A stretch of DNA of 64,000 nucleotides. Origin: a virus. The notes beneath the pieces were generated by a model. It searched no databases and had not been told where the DNA came from. It saw nothing but the letters and a program-made list of their open reading frames with translations. The stretch spans positions 1 to 64,000 of IMG/VR virus record IMGVR_UViG_3300034071_001414; one strand, 5' to 3'. The translations under genes were made by a program, and so were the position numbers. Shown piece after piece: positions 56,101 to 64,000 of this stretch; within the stretch, counting starts at the first letter, position 1; each line of letters opens with the position of its first letter.

Positions 56101-57657
56101 ACTCCAGTGGGAACAAATGCAAGATTAACTATAGTTTCCATAGGCAATACGAACCAAATTATTATAGATAATGTCCAAGGAGAATTTGAAACTGGTGTAG
56201 GAAAGACTATTAGATATATTAATAGTTCTGGAATTTCCACCAATTTAAATGCATCTTTTGGTGGAAATATTCTTGCAAATGAAATTATTACTGAAAGTGA
56301 CGGTTTGCATGTGAGAATAAATCATAAAAATCATGGAATGTATTTTGATAACAATTTTGTTAATATATTTGGAGTTGAATCTGATGTAAAGCCAACTAAA
56401 TTATCCGTACCATACTCATCAGACTCTACTGGAGAAATAACTGTTGAAGATGCATCACAATTTACAAATTTTGAAGGTGTGGGAGTTGGAACAACAAATC
56501 CAGGATATCTTCTAATAGGAAATGAATTAATAGAATATACTTCAGTTGTTGGTAATACTATTGGTGGAGATATAGTTAGAGGTTTACCATATGGACCAAA
56601 TACAGTCGCAGTAACTCATCCAACAAGTTCTGCAGTTTATAAGTATGAAATTAATAATGTTTCTCTCAGAAGAATTAATAAAACTCATGATTTAAATGAT
56701 GTAACATCAGAAAATCCTATTGGATTTGACTATTATAATATTAAATTGGATATGTCTTCGGATGGTGTTGACAGATCTGCTGGTATAGGTTTTAGCAACT
56801 TATATCAAAATTTAACTAAATCAGATGGTGGTTTTAATATAAGAGCATCTCAAAATATTCCATATGAAATTATTTTACCAAATGTTCATAATGTTACAGT
56901 AAATGGAACTTCATTGAGTGCAGAATTAAGAACTGTTACAGGAAAGAGTATAAGTGGAAATGAAATACCATTTATTGATAATGGATTTGAACCTGTCGCA
57001 ATAAGACAAAATAATTATCTTTCTTCACCAAGAATTGTTTGCTCTAAGGTTAATGAGAGAAATCTATTATCAACTTTACCGGAAAACAAATCTTTAACTC
57101 TAAGACTTACTTTAGGAACAACAAATCCATATCTTTCTCCGGTGATAGATACCCAAAGAATAAGTGCTCAGTTTGTTTCAAATAGGGTTAACAACGTTAT
57201 AACAAATTATGCAACCGACAATAGAGTCAATTCTATTTCAGATGATCCAACATCTTTCCAATACATTTCAAAAGAAATAAACTTAGAAAATTCAGCAACT
57301 TCACTTAAAATAATTTTAGAAGCTTATATTAATTCATATTCTGATATAAGATCTTTCTATTCTATTGGAGAAAATCCTGGATTTTCTCCAATATTCACGC
57401 CATTCCCCGGATATGATAATCTAAACGAAAAATCTCAAATTATTTCTTTGGAAGACAATAATGGAAGATCAGATTCATTTGTAACTCCAACAAGTTCTCT
57501 GGAATATATTTTAAATGATAGTGACTTTAAGGAATATGTTTTTACAGTTGACAACTTACCATCATTTAAGAATTTTAGAATTAAATTGTTGGGAACATCG
57601 ACAAATCAAGTTTTTGTTCCTAGAATAAGAAATTTAAGAGTTATTTCTCTTGCATAA
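50197..57657 (+). CDS. VrlC-like large structural protein (2486 aa)
   Basis: NLNVAPYFDDF...VLFKPGYPVQARELTTLQSILQ, APGADRLK, FKSGFFVDNF, DPLAQSF. Confidence 0.85.
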   Translation: MSQKTNLNVAPYFDDFNPNNDYHRVLFKPGYPVQARELTTLQSILQNQIEKFGQHFFKEGAKVIPGNTGYSRLYYCVQLENNYLGVPIAAYIDQLVGAKITGQTSGVTAVVDKVLLPQDSERGNLTLYINYLSSSTQNNSTQQFSDGEVLTSNIIITSGLLGNTSIAVGEPFASTISTNSTTIASCFNISEGVYFIRGQFVNVKTETLILDQYTNNPNYRVGLYIDEQIVNSNTDETLNDNSQGFNNYAAPGADRLKISAYLFKKSLTDFDDGNFVELATIVDGIIRSKTEDDKYSFIKDEFARRTYAESGNYLVSPFDISVEESLNNQKGNNGTFTKTQITYGGNTPSESKAVYKISPGKAFIRGYEVETISSTFLDVDKPRTTQILENQSINYSTGPTLKLNRVYGSSPVGLGNTFILSLRNERVGSSGTLSAGKEIGLARVYDFSLDSGSYSTSNSNLNEWNISLFDIQTFTNITLNNSVTLSTPTFVKGNNSGATAFLKDNIVGTDLTLYDVKGSFIPFESFSFDGIDSGIIGIAVTSYGISDIKSVYGNVSSASTFSADVIQSTAFNVGIATISAVSSGVSTVRSSNILFPGNIVKVGNLVKYSDSTKTTPVVAKVIGVGASTISITGVTTVSGIVDGSLPTSSLNVTDFAVLKTDLEKSTDNTLYSRLPKTNISNVDLSNSTLNVRKTFTVNISNNKLSTAVTSGTNETFLPFTEKRYSLVRSNGTTEVLTPDKFEFTSGGTELQIYNLGSNDTNATLVATLQKIKPKAKVKRKNRVNSIIIENSKYEGSGIGGTTLNDGLVYGEYPYGTRVQDENICLNVADIIEIHGIYESEDTSNPSAPKAVLASITSQSSTTSELIVGEEILGTTSGAVAIVAEKLTSSQISLLYKNQNIFNEGEVITFSESNIQAQIVTLDTPSFEISFNYTFNRGQNGSFYDYGYLTRKVNVSEPTKKLKIYFSNGYYESTDDGDITTVNSYNSFDYISDIGSVNGIRNTDIIDIRPVVNNYSVSVGSRSPLEFYGRTFNSVSNSSNTILSSDESLITSFSFYLGRIDSIYLSKDGKFQVKYGTPSERPERPVSVDDSLEIATISLPPYLYSNRQASIRFLEYKRYRMSDIKNLENRIKNLEYYTSLSLLETNTSNLFISDSEGFNRFKSGFFVDNFTSYLPQESSTDINNSIDIEFKELRPKAYTSSIDLKPGYSSVNASTADLAFESPDGINIRKSGDIITLDYAEVEWLKQSFATRSESVTPFLISFWQGTVELTPASDTWMDTVRIEAKIIDVEGNYSTTLADATRRLNVDPQTGFAPTVWNAWTTNWTGRSVSTSTRNVTSSSISSFWSGAQLIEQVDNVVIQQTLQNITETGVESRTGTRTVITEQFDRTSVGDRVVSRDIIPYMRSRNVQFVSKKLKPLTQIYTFFDGKDVTKYCVPKLLEITMSSGVFQVGETITGYIQQTGTGVNANNMLAKITFRVAQTNHREGAYNSPTVTYPRNPYNSQILPPTYSSTSTILNVDTFSLSNSTQGEFGGWVETGMILIGNTSKAQATITNLRLISDLSATLIGSFYIPNPNANIHPRFESGTKTFTLVNSATNDQNAATTIAEEAFTSSGTIETVQENIVSVRNARIENKQEFDSRAVSRTTGTQVVNSRVIASSSSSRVIGWYDPLAQSFLVDNEDGVFLTSCDVFFKTKDDTDIPVTFQLRTMKGGFPTQYVLPLSEIILSPEQVNVSGDGSVSTRVTFKAPVYLQGGGEYCICLASNSTKYSVYISRIGENDLLTQTFISNQPYLGSLFKSQNASTWEASQWEDLKFTLYRADFIENGSIDFYNPDLTEGNAQIAKLMPNSLQFNSKKIRVSLSSTISDSDIRLGNTIIQANTSGRGNYVGSAGSATGTLSVSNSGIGYTPGPGSGGYTFNNVSLTTITGKGAGATANITISNGVAAAATIVSGGSGYQSGDVLGISSIGNTPVGTNARLTIVSIGNTNQIIIDNVQGEFETGVGKTIRYINSSGISTNLNASFGGNILANEIITESDGLHVRINHKNHGMYFDNNFVNIFGVESDVKPTKLSVPYSSDSTGEITVEDASQFTNFEGVGVGTTNPGYLLIGNELIEYTSVVGNTIGGDIVRGLPYGPNTVAVTHPTSSAVYKYEINNVSLRRINKTHDLNDVTSENPIGFDYYNIKLDMSSDGVDRSAGIGFSNLYQNLTKSDGGFNIRASQNIPYEIILPNVHNVTVNGTSLSAELRTVTGKSISGNEIPFIDNGFEPVAIRQNNYLSSPRIVCSKVNERNLLSTLPENKSLTLRLTLGTTNPYLSPVIDTQRISAQFVSNRVNNVITNYATDNRVNSISDDPTSFQYISKEINLENSATSLKIILEAYINSYSDIRSFYSIGENPGFSPIFTPFPGYDNLNEKSQIISLEDNNGRSDSFVTPTSSLEYILNDSDFKEYVFTVDNLPSFKNFRIKLLGTSTNQVFVPRIRNLRVISLA

Positions 57658-57658
57658 T

Positions 57659-57886
57659 ATGGATTATATAAAAGTGAGGGGTCATGAAGGTCTATTTCGT
57701 GACCCAAATACAAATTCAATTATTAATACAAACATGGCAGATTATCAAGAATACATCTCCAGAAAAAAATTGAAAGGCGAAGAAAATGATAAAATGAAAA
57801 TATTGGAATCTGAAGTTTCCAATATAAAAAATGATCTCGATGAGATTAAATCCATGTTAAGGAGTTTTATAAATGAACCCAAATGA
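57659..57886 (+). CDS. Small hypothetical protein
   Basis: KVRGHEGLFRDPNTNSIIN plus coiled coil. Confidence 0.65.
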   Translation: MDYIKVRGHEGLFRDPNTNSIINTNMADYQEYISRKKLKGEENDKMKILESEVSNIKNDLDEIKSMLRSFINEPK

Positions 57887-58055
57887 TATAGAATTAGAAA
57901 ATTTGACAAAAAACTTTGAGTATGCAAAGGCATGTTTAGAAATAGATTCAATAGAAGATATTGAATCTCTGAAACAAATTTCAAAAGCATATATGAAATT
58001 ATATATGAAACAGCAAGAAGTTTTAATTCAGATGGGCACATCTGGTGTGCTATAA
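57873..58055 (+). CDS. Small hypothetical protein
   Basis: 60-aa ORF overlapping upstream gene. Confidence 0.6.
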   Translation: MNPNDIELENLTKNFEYAKACLEIDSIEDIESLKQISKAYMKLYMKQQEVLIQMGTSGVL

Positions 58056-58079
58056 ATATTTTTAGGAATAAAACTAGAT

Positions 58080-58925
58080 ATGGCGCAACCTACTACTAGA
58101 CAAGAACTAATAAATTATTGCAAAAGAAAACTGGGGGCGCCAGTTTTAGAAATTAATGTTGCAGATGAACAAATAGAAGACTTAGTTGATGATGCAATCC
58201 AATTCTTCCAAGAAAGACATTTTGATGGGGTATATCCAACATTTTACAAATACAAAATAACCCAAAATGATATTGATAGAGGAAGATCTAGGGGTAATAA
58301 TGTAGCAGTAGGAATAGCAACAACAACTGCAACTGCAAATATTGTGGGAGATAGTACCACTTTTACATATGAAGAAAATAGCAATTACTTACAAGTACCA
58401 CCTTCAGTAATTGGTGTAACTAAAATATTTCACTTTGATGGTTCAAATGCCATCACTCATAATATGTTTAGTGTAAAATATCAATTATTTTTAAATGATA
58501 TTTATTACTGGGGAACTACAGAATTGTTGAGTTATGCTATGGTTAAAACTTATTTGGAAGATATTAATTTTTTATTAACAACACAAAAACAAATACGATT
58601 TAATAAGAGGCAAGATAGATTATACTTAGATATAGATTGGAGTTCCATTTCAGTTAACGATTATATAATCATCGATTGCTATTCTACTTTAGATCCAAAT
58701 GACTATTCTAGAGTTTGGAATGATTCATTTTTAAAACCATATCTAACCTCTCTAATTAAACGTCAATGGGGTCAAAATCTCATAAAATTTCAGGGTGTTA
58801 AACTTCCAGGTGGCGTTGAATTAAATGGCAGACAAATATATGATGATGCCCAAAGGGAGATAGACATTTTAATGGAAAAAATGTCAAGTAATTATGAACT
58901 ACCCCCTTACGACATGATAGGTTAA
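58080..58925 (+). CDS. gp13: Neck protein gp13
   Basis: RKLGAPVLEINVADEQ, KRQWGQNLIKF..LPGGVELNG; TATAAATA 58051. Confidence 0.95.
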   Translation: MAQPTTRQELINYCKRKLGAPVLEINVADEQIEDLVDDAIQFFQERHFDGVYPTFYKYKITQNDIDRGRSRGNNVAVGIATTTATANIVGDSTTFTYEENSNYLQVPPSVIGVTKIFHFDGSNAITHNMFSVKYQLFLNDIYYWGTTELLSYAMVKTYLEDINFLLTTQKQIRFNKRQDRLYLDIDWSSISVNDYIIIDCYSTLDPNDYSRVWNDSFLKPYLTSLIKRQWGQNLIKFQGVKLPGGVELNGRQIYDDAQREIDILMEKMSSNYELPPYDMIG

Positions 58926-58930
58926 ATCAC

Positions 58931-60346
58931 ATGCTAAATCCTTTTTTTCAACAAGGAACTCCACTGGAGCAAGGATTAATACAAGATTTAATTAATGAAC
59001 AATTGAGGATGTATGGCGTAGAAGTACATTACTTACCAAGAAGATTCATAACTGAAAAAAAAGTCATAAAAGAAGTCATAGAATCTGCCTTTGATTCAGC
59101 ATATCCAATAGAAGCATATGTGAATAGTTATGAAGGTTATGCAGATAATTCAACTATTTTGTCAAAATTTGGAATACAAGCATTGAATGAAATAGTTTTA
59201 ACTATTTCTAGAGAAAGATTTTCAAATTATATTTCCCCACTTATAAAAAATAAAAGTAATATAAAATTATCATCAAGACCAAAGGAGGGAGATCTAATTT
59301 ATTTTCCTCTTGGAGATAGGTTATTTGAAATAAAGTACGTGGAGCATGAAAAACCTTTTTATCAATTGCAAGGAAATTACACTTATGAATTAAGATGCGA
59401 ACTATTCAGATATGAAGATGAAGTTATCGACACTGGTATTGAAGAAATAGATGATGTCCTTTCCGGAATAGGAACAGACTTGGATTCTGGATTTGTTGCA
59501 GTGGGTCCAATACAAACACTTACTATGATTGGTATTGGTATAACCGCAACAGCTAGTACTACTTTAGTAAATGGTGGAATAAGATTTATTACGGTGTCAA
59601 ATAGAGGAGGTGGATATACCAGTACTCCCAGGGTTGGAATATCATCTGCACCATCTGGCGGATTTGCGGGAATTGCAACAGCAATTATGATTGGTGGGGT
59701 TGTTGCATGTAACTCCAATGTAAATCCATCGGCAAAATCAGTTCAAGCAGTTGGTTTAATAAATCCGGGATATGGATATACGGTGGCACCAGGAATTAGA
59801 TTTATTGGTGGAGGCGGCGCTGGCGCTGGTGCGACAGCAACCATAGGAAATGGTATTATAGGCAGTATAACAATTTCAAATGCAGGTTCTGGTTACACAT
59901 CTTCTCCCACAATAACTTTTATAGGAGTATCTTCTGTCTCTGCTGCAGCGACTGCAATAATAAATGATGCAGGATCAATTACATCTATACAGATAACAAA
60001 TTCTGGACTAGGTTATACTCAGGCACCGTCAATAACTATTTCTTCACCTTTTATGTCGGGAATTGGAACATATCAATTTAACGAAGTGATAACTGGTTCC
60101 GCAAGTGGAACTACCGCAAGGGTTCGTTCTTGGAATTCAGTAACTAAAAAGTTGGAGGTTGCCACAATAGATGGAGAATTTATTGTTGGTGAAAACATAG
60201 TAGGAACTGCATCATCAGCTTCCTATAAGTTGAGAATAGTAAATAGTAACGTTGTTGATGATGGATATTCTGATAACACTAATATTGAGATAGAATCTGA
60301 TAAAATTATTGATTTTTCGGAAATTAATCCATTCGGTATGCCATAA
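58931..60346 (+). CDS. gp14: Neck protein gp14 with Gly-rich insertion
   Basis: RMYGVEVHYLPR, SKFG, RPKEGDLIYFP, PFYQL, FSEINPFG. Confidence 0.9.
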   Translation: MLNPFFQQGTPLEQGLIQDLINEQLRMYGVEVHYLPRRFITEKKVIKEVIESAFDSAYPIEAYVNSYEGYADNSTILSKFGIQALNEIVLTISRERFSNYISPLIKNKSNIKLSSRPKEGDLIYFPLGDRLFEIKYVEHEKPFYQLQGNYTYELRCELFRYEDEVIDTGIEEIDDVLSGIGTDLDSGFVAVGPIQTLTMIGIGITATASTTLVNGGIRFITVSNRGGGYTSTPRVGISSAPSGGFAGIATAIMIGGVVACNSNVNPSAKSVQAVGLINPGYGYTVAPGIRFIGGGGAGAGATATIGNGIIGSITISNAGSGYTSSPTITFIGVSSVSAAATAIINDAGSITSIQITNSGLGYTQAPSITISSPFMSGIGTYQFNEVITGSASGTTARVRSWNSVTKKLEVATIDGEFIVGENIVGTASSASYKLRIVNSNVVDDGYSDNTNIEIESDKIIDFSEINPFGMP

Positions 60347-60397
60347 ATATATTTTATTATACATATACATAAAAAACTAACATTAGATATTAGAAAG

Positions 60398-61399
60398 ATG
60401 TTTGAATATTTTTATCACGAAATATTAAGAAAAACTGTTATAGCTTTTGGTTCTTTATTCAATAACATTACAATCAAACATTTTGATTCCAATGGAAATG
60501 TATCTAGTGTTATTAAAGTTCCTCTCGCTTACGGACCATCACAAAAATTCTTGGCAAGATTAGAACAATCTCCAGATTTAAGTAAACCAGTTCAAATGAC
60601 CTTACCAAGAATGTCATTTGAACTTACGGGATTGACCTATGACACTTCCAGAAAAGTTTCAACAACTCAGTCATTTACAGTAAAAGATTCCAATGATGGT
60701 TCAATAATAAGAAAGTCATACATGCCTGTTCCATATAATTTACAGTTTGAACTTTCAATTATGGCAAAATTGAATGATGATGCTCTCCAAATAACCGAAC
60801 AAATATTACCATATTTTCAACCATCATACAATATAACAGTAGAATTGGTAGATTCAATCAACGAAAAGAAAGATATACCAATAGTTTTAGAAAACATTAC
60901 AATGCAGGATGATTATGAAGGCAATTTCACAACCAGACGTGTTTTAGTTTATACATTAAGATTTACTGCAAAAACATATCTATTTGGTCCAATATCGACT
61001 GCAACCAAAGATATCATCAAAAAAACTACTATCAGTTATATCACCGGAGAATCTACGGATACTCCAACCAGAAATGTTGTTTACTCTTCAACTCCAAGAG
61101 CTATCAAAAATTATACAGGGACAGTTCTCACAAACTTGACAAAAGATATTACAACAGAAGATATTTTAGTAACTGTAAATGATGCAAGTTCAATTTCAAT
61201 TAATACTTATCTAGATATTGAAGGAGAAGAACTATATGTTCGAGCAAAAAATGGAAATATATTAACTGTCGATAGAGGAAGAGATGATACTACGATAACT
61301 TCTCATTTATCTGGCGCTGAGGTCAAATCTATAACTACAGCAGATAATCTTTTGGTTGAGGAAGGTGATGATTTTGGATTTAGTGGTACAACCTTATAA
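60398..61399 (+). CDS. gp15: Tail sheath stabiliser/terminator gp15
   Basis: YFYHEILRK..FGSLFNNI, VPLAYGP, LPRMSFE, EQILPYFQP. Confidence 0.95.
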   Translation: MFEYFYHEILRKTVIAFGSLFNNITIKHFDSNGNVSSVIKVPLAYGPSQKFLARLEQSPDLSKPVQMTLPRMSFELTGLTYDTSRKVSTTQSFTVKDSNDGSIIRKSYMPVPYNLQFELSIMAKLNDDALQITEQILPYFQPSYNITVELVDSINEKKDIPIVLENITMQDDYEGNFTTRRVLVYTLRFTAKTYLFGPISTATKDIIKKTTISYITGESTDTPTRNVVYSSTPRAIKNYTGTVLTNLTKDITTEDILVTVNDASSISINTYLDIEGEELYVRAKNGNILTVDRGRDDTTITSHLSGAEVKSITTADNLLVEEGDDFGFSGTTL

Positions 61400-61401
61400 T
61401 T

Positions 61402-61839
61402 ATGAAAATGACAAAAAAATTCGATGAATTGAATAATACATTTAACGTCAATGGAGATATAGTTTCAACTACAGAGTCTGTAGAGATAGTAGAAAAAATT
61501 GAAAAAATATCGTCATCATTTGACGATGTTAAAAAGGATTATGATTATACAAGAGGAAATTTATACTCTCTTATAGAGAAAGGTCAAGAAGCAATCAATG
61601 GCATTCTTGAACTTGCACAAGAGAGTGAAATGCCAAGAGCATATGAAGTAGCGGGTCAACTTATAAAAAATGTTGCAGATGCTACAGATAAATTAATGGA
61701 CCTCCAAAAGAAACTCAAAGAAATTGAAGAAGAAAAAGTTGGTAAAGGTCCTACCACAGTTAACAATGCATTATTTGTTGGTTCCACTGCAGAATTAGCA
61801 AAACTTTTAAAGCAACAAAATCAGGATAGTTTAGAATAA
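61402..61839 (+). CDS. gp16: Terminase small subunit gp16
   Basis: DYDYTRGNL, PRAYEV, NNALFVGSTAEL. Confidence 0.9.
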   Translation: MKMTKKFDELNNTFNVNGDIVSTTESVEIVEKIEKISSSFDDVKKDYDYTRGNLYSLIEKGQEAINGILELAQESEMPRAYEVAGQLIKNVADATDKLMDLQKKLKEIEEEKVGKGPTTVNNALFVGSTAELAKLLKQQNQDSLE

Positions 61840-61867
61840 TAAATATAAAAAGGTATTCCACAATTAA

Positions 61868-63595
61868 ATGCCAAGATTGAAGTCACATAAAACAGTTGAG
61901 CAGATTGCTAAGAAGCATCGTCTTGATGTGTCTTTTATACAAAAGCAGCTTGATATTGGAGAACCTATTGAACATGAACATACAAAGGATCATGAACTTG
62001 CAATGGATATTGCTCTTCAACATTTAGATGAAATTCCAGATTATTACACTCGTTTGAAGAAGATGGAATCAGATGCTAAAAAACATCATAAAAAATTTAA
62101 GGATGTAACGGAAGAAACTAAATCCGGAGATGAAGGTTTACATGATTGGTTTGGCAAATCAAAATCATCCGATGGTAAAAGTGGATGGGTCCAACTAGGA
62201 GGAAAATGGGCAGGTAAACCATGTGCTCGTCAACCTGGTCAAACTTCAACTCCAAAATGTGGAAGTTCTAAAATGAAGAGAGCACTTTCTAAAGACGAAG
62301 AAGAAGCAGCGAGACGTAGAAAAAATATTCAAGATCCTAATCAACCACAAAAAACTGGTGGATCAAAACCAACTAACGTAAGAACTGAAGAAATGGATTT
62401 ACAAGAAGTCAAAGACAAACCAGGAAAAGGTAGTGGTAAAAAAGATGCCTGCTACCACAAAGTGAAATCTCGTTATGACGTTTGGCCAAGTGCATATGCA
62501 TCTGGCGCACTTGTTAAATGTCGTAAAGTTGGTGCTGACAATTGGGGTACTAAATCTGAGGCAACTATGCATGAAGAAGAAAGATATTGTCCCCTATGTG
62601 ATAAAAGAGAAACTAGATCTCAGTGTTCTTATGGAGAAAAAGCGTGGGATAAAGTTTCTGTTAAAGATCAAGAGTATTCTATGGCAAGATCTGAACTAAA
62701 AAATATTATTGATGCAGCCAAAAGACTTGAAAAAAAGGTAGGAAAGGGAGAAGGATCATTAGAAGCGTGGGTGCAGTCAAAAATTACAAAAGCTGCCGAT
62801 TATATTGATACTGCAGCAGATTATGTTGCAAGCGGAGAAATGCAAGAACAAAAATTGGTAGATAAAATAATTGGAGAAATGAAGTGTTGGCCAGGATATG
62901 AAAAAAGGGGGACTCAAAAACTTTTTGGTAAAAAGTATAATAGATGCATAAAGGCAGAAGATGTAACCATTGAGGATGCTGATGGCAATACTTTTGCTGA
63001 AGTTGTTGATTTGATTAAACCAGAACCAATAAAAGGATTTAAGTCTCAAGTTCAAGAAGCAATAAGACTCCAAGCACAAACTGGAAATGTCATTGCAGTA
63101 ACTCTTTCCTGGAGAGGAAAGTATTATTCTCTTAAAATGTTCTTTCCTCAAATTAAAACACCAACAAAAAAAGAAATAAATGATGAACTCCAAAAAGTTT
63201 ATCCAGGTTCAATGGTTTTATATCATTCAATCTCAGAAATTCAACCAGGACAGCCTCTTATTCAGATGATTGGACCACAAGGTGGTTCAATGGCATCTCC
63301 CGGTCCATCTAAAAGATATATTAAGCCAATGGGAGAAGAAACTGAAACTGAAATTGATGAAGATTGGCAAAAAGTAAATCGCCAAGATAAAACTGATGGA
63401 TTAAGTCCAGCAGCAGTAAAGGCATATCGCAGAGAGAATCCAGGTTCAAAACTCAAATCCGCTGTTACCACACCACCTTCAGAATTAAAACCAGGTTCGG
63501 CAGATTGGAAAAGAAGAAAAAATTTCTGTAGTCGTTCTAGAAGTTGGACTGGAGAAAGAGGTAAAGCAGCACGTAAACGTTGGAATTGTAATTAA
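61868..63595 (+). CDS. Mosaic multi-module late protein between gp16 and gp17
   Basis: AATAAATA upstream; modules EHEHT..ALQHLDEIPDYYTRL, KDACYHKVKSRYDVWPSAYASG, WVQSKIT, KCWPGY, RRKNFCSR..ARKRWNC. Confidence 0.7.
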   Translation: MPRLKSHKTVEQIAKKHRLDVSFIQKQLDIGEPIEHEHTKDHELAMDIALQHLDEIPDYYTRLKKMESDAKKHHKKFKDVTEETKSGDEGLHDWFGKSKSSDGKSGWVQLGGKWAGKPCARQPGQTSTPKCGSSKMKRALSKDEEEAARRRKNIQDPNQPQKTGGSKPTNVRTEEMDLQEVKDKPGKGSGKKDACYHKVKSRYDVWPSAYASGALVKCRKVGADNWGTKSEATMHEEERYCPLCDKRETRSQCSYGEKAWDKVSVKDQEYSMARSELKNIIDAAKRLEKKVGKGEGSLEAWVQSKITKAADYIDTAADYVASGEMQEQKLVDKIIGEMKCWPGYEKRGTQKLFGKKYNRCIKAEDVTIEDADGNTFAEVVDLIKPEPIKGFKSQVQEAIRLQAQTGNVIAVTLSWRGKYYSLKMFFPQIKTPTKKEINDELQKVYPGSMVLYHSISEIQPGQPLIQMIGPQGGSMASPGPSKRYIKPMGEETETEIDEDWQKVNRQDKTDGLSPAAVKAYRRENPGSKLKSAVTTPPSELKPGSADWKRRKNFCSRSRSWTGERGKAARKRWNCN

Positions 63596-63611
63596 TTAAT
63601 AGGTCTTTGTT

Positions 63612-64000
63612 ATGCCAAATAATGATGTATATCTTGGTAATCCTTTATTAAAAAAGGCGAACACCCCTATTGAATTCACACAAGAACAAATTCTTGAATT
63701 TGTTAAGTGTAAAGACGATCCGGTTTACTTCGCAAATAATTACGTAAAGATTGTAACTCTAGATCATGGATTACAAACTTTTAAACCATATCATTTTCAA
63801 GAAAAGTTAATTAATAACTTCCACAATCACAGATTCAATATTTGCAAGATGCCACGGCAAACTGGTAAGTCTACTACTGTGGTATCTTTTTTGCTGCATT
63901 ATGCTGTATTTAATGATAATGTAAATATTGGTATCCTAGCAAACAAAGCAGCGACAGCCAGGGAACTCCTAGATAGGTTACAGACCGCATATGAGAATCT
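63612..64000 (+). CDS. gp17: Terminase large subunit gp17 (5' part, runs off window)
   Basis: Own translation: YLGNPLLKKAN, DPVYFANNY, KMPRQTGKST (Walker A), ILANKAATARE. Confidence 0.95.
   Translation, partial: MPNNDVYLGNPLLKKANTPIEFTQEQILEFVKCKDDPVYFANNYVKIVTLDHGLQTFKPYHFQEKLINNFHNHRFNICKMPRQTGKSTTVVSFLLHYAVFNDNVNIGILANKAATARELLDRLQTAYEN

Noticed and set aside
1-64000. tRNA/rRNA genes, introns, inteins, photosynthesis genes
   Set aside because: None recognised by eye; tRNAscan-SE and Infernal would be needed to exclude them

Overview
Window from a T4-like cyanophage-type myovirus genome, almost all genes on the + strand. (1) 1-13.7 kb: dense short hypothetical early genes, an HNH homing endonuclease, a 460-aa orphan and a Dam methyltransferase. 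(2) 13.7-30.7 kb: an accessory region divided by 16 copies of a ~33-bp GATC-containing repeat (AACTTGGATCCTCTAAAGTGTCCTAGTAGTATG) into gene cassettes, including an SF2 helicase, a MutH-like endonuclease, a ligase-like protein, two probable internal-head proteins and three more free-standing nucleases. (3) ~29.6-31.6 kb: a gene-poor, structured junction. (4) 33.8-64 kb: the virion module gp25, gp6, gp7, gp8, VrlC-like, gp13, gp14, gp15, gp16, an insert, and the start of gp17. Best candidates for undescribed biology: (a) three unrelated nuclease genes each preceded by the same module: late promoter, ~55-60-nt stem-loop RNA with terminator, second late promoter. The variable loop of each RNA is exactly antisense to the 5' end of its own nuclease mRNA, and two copies share a constant scaffold. 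(b) The stop-to-start GATC linker array, which lies next to Dam and contains a MutH homologue. All family assignments are from motifs recognised by eye; no searches were run.
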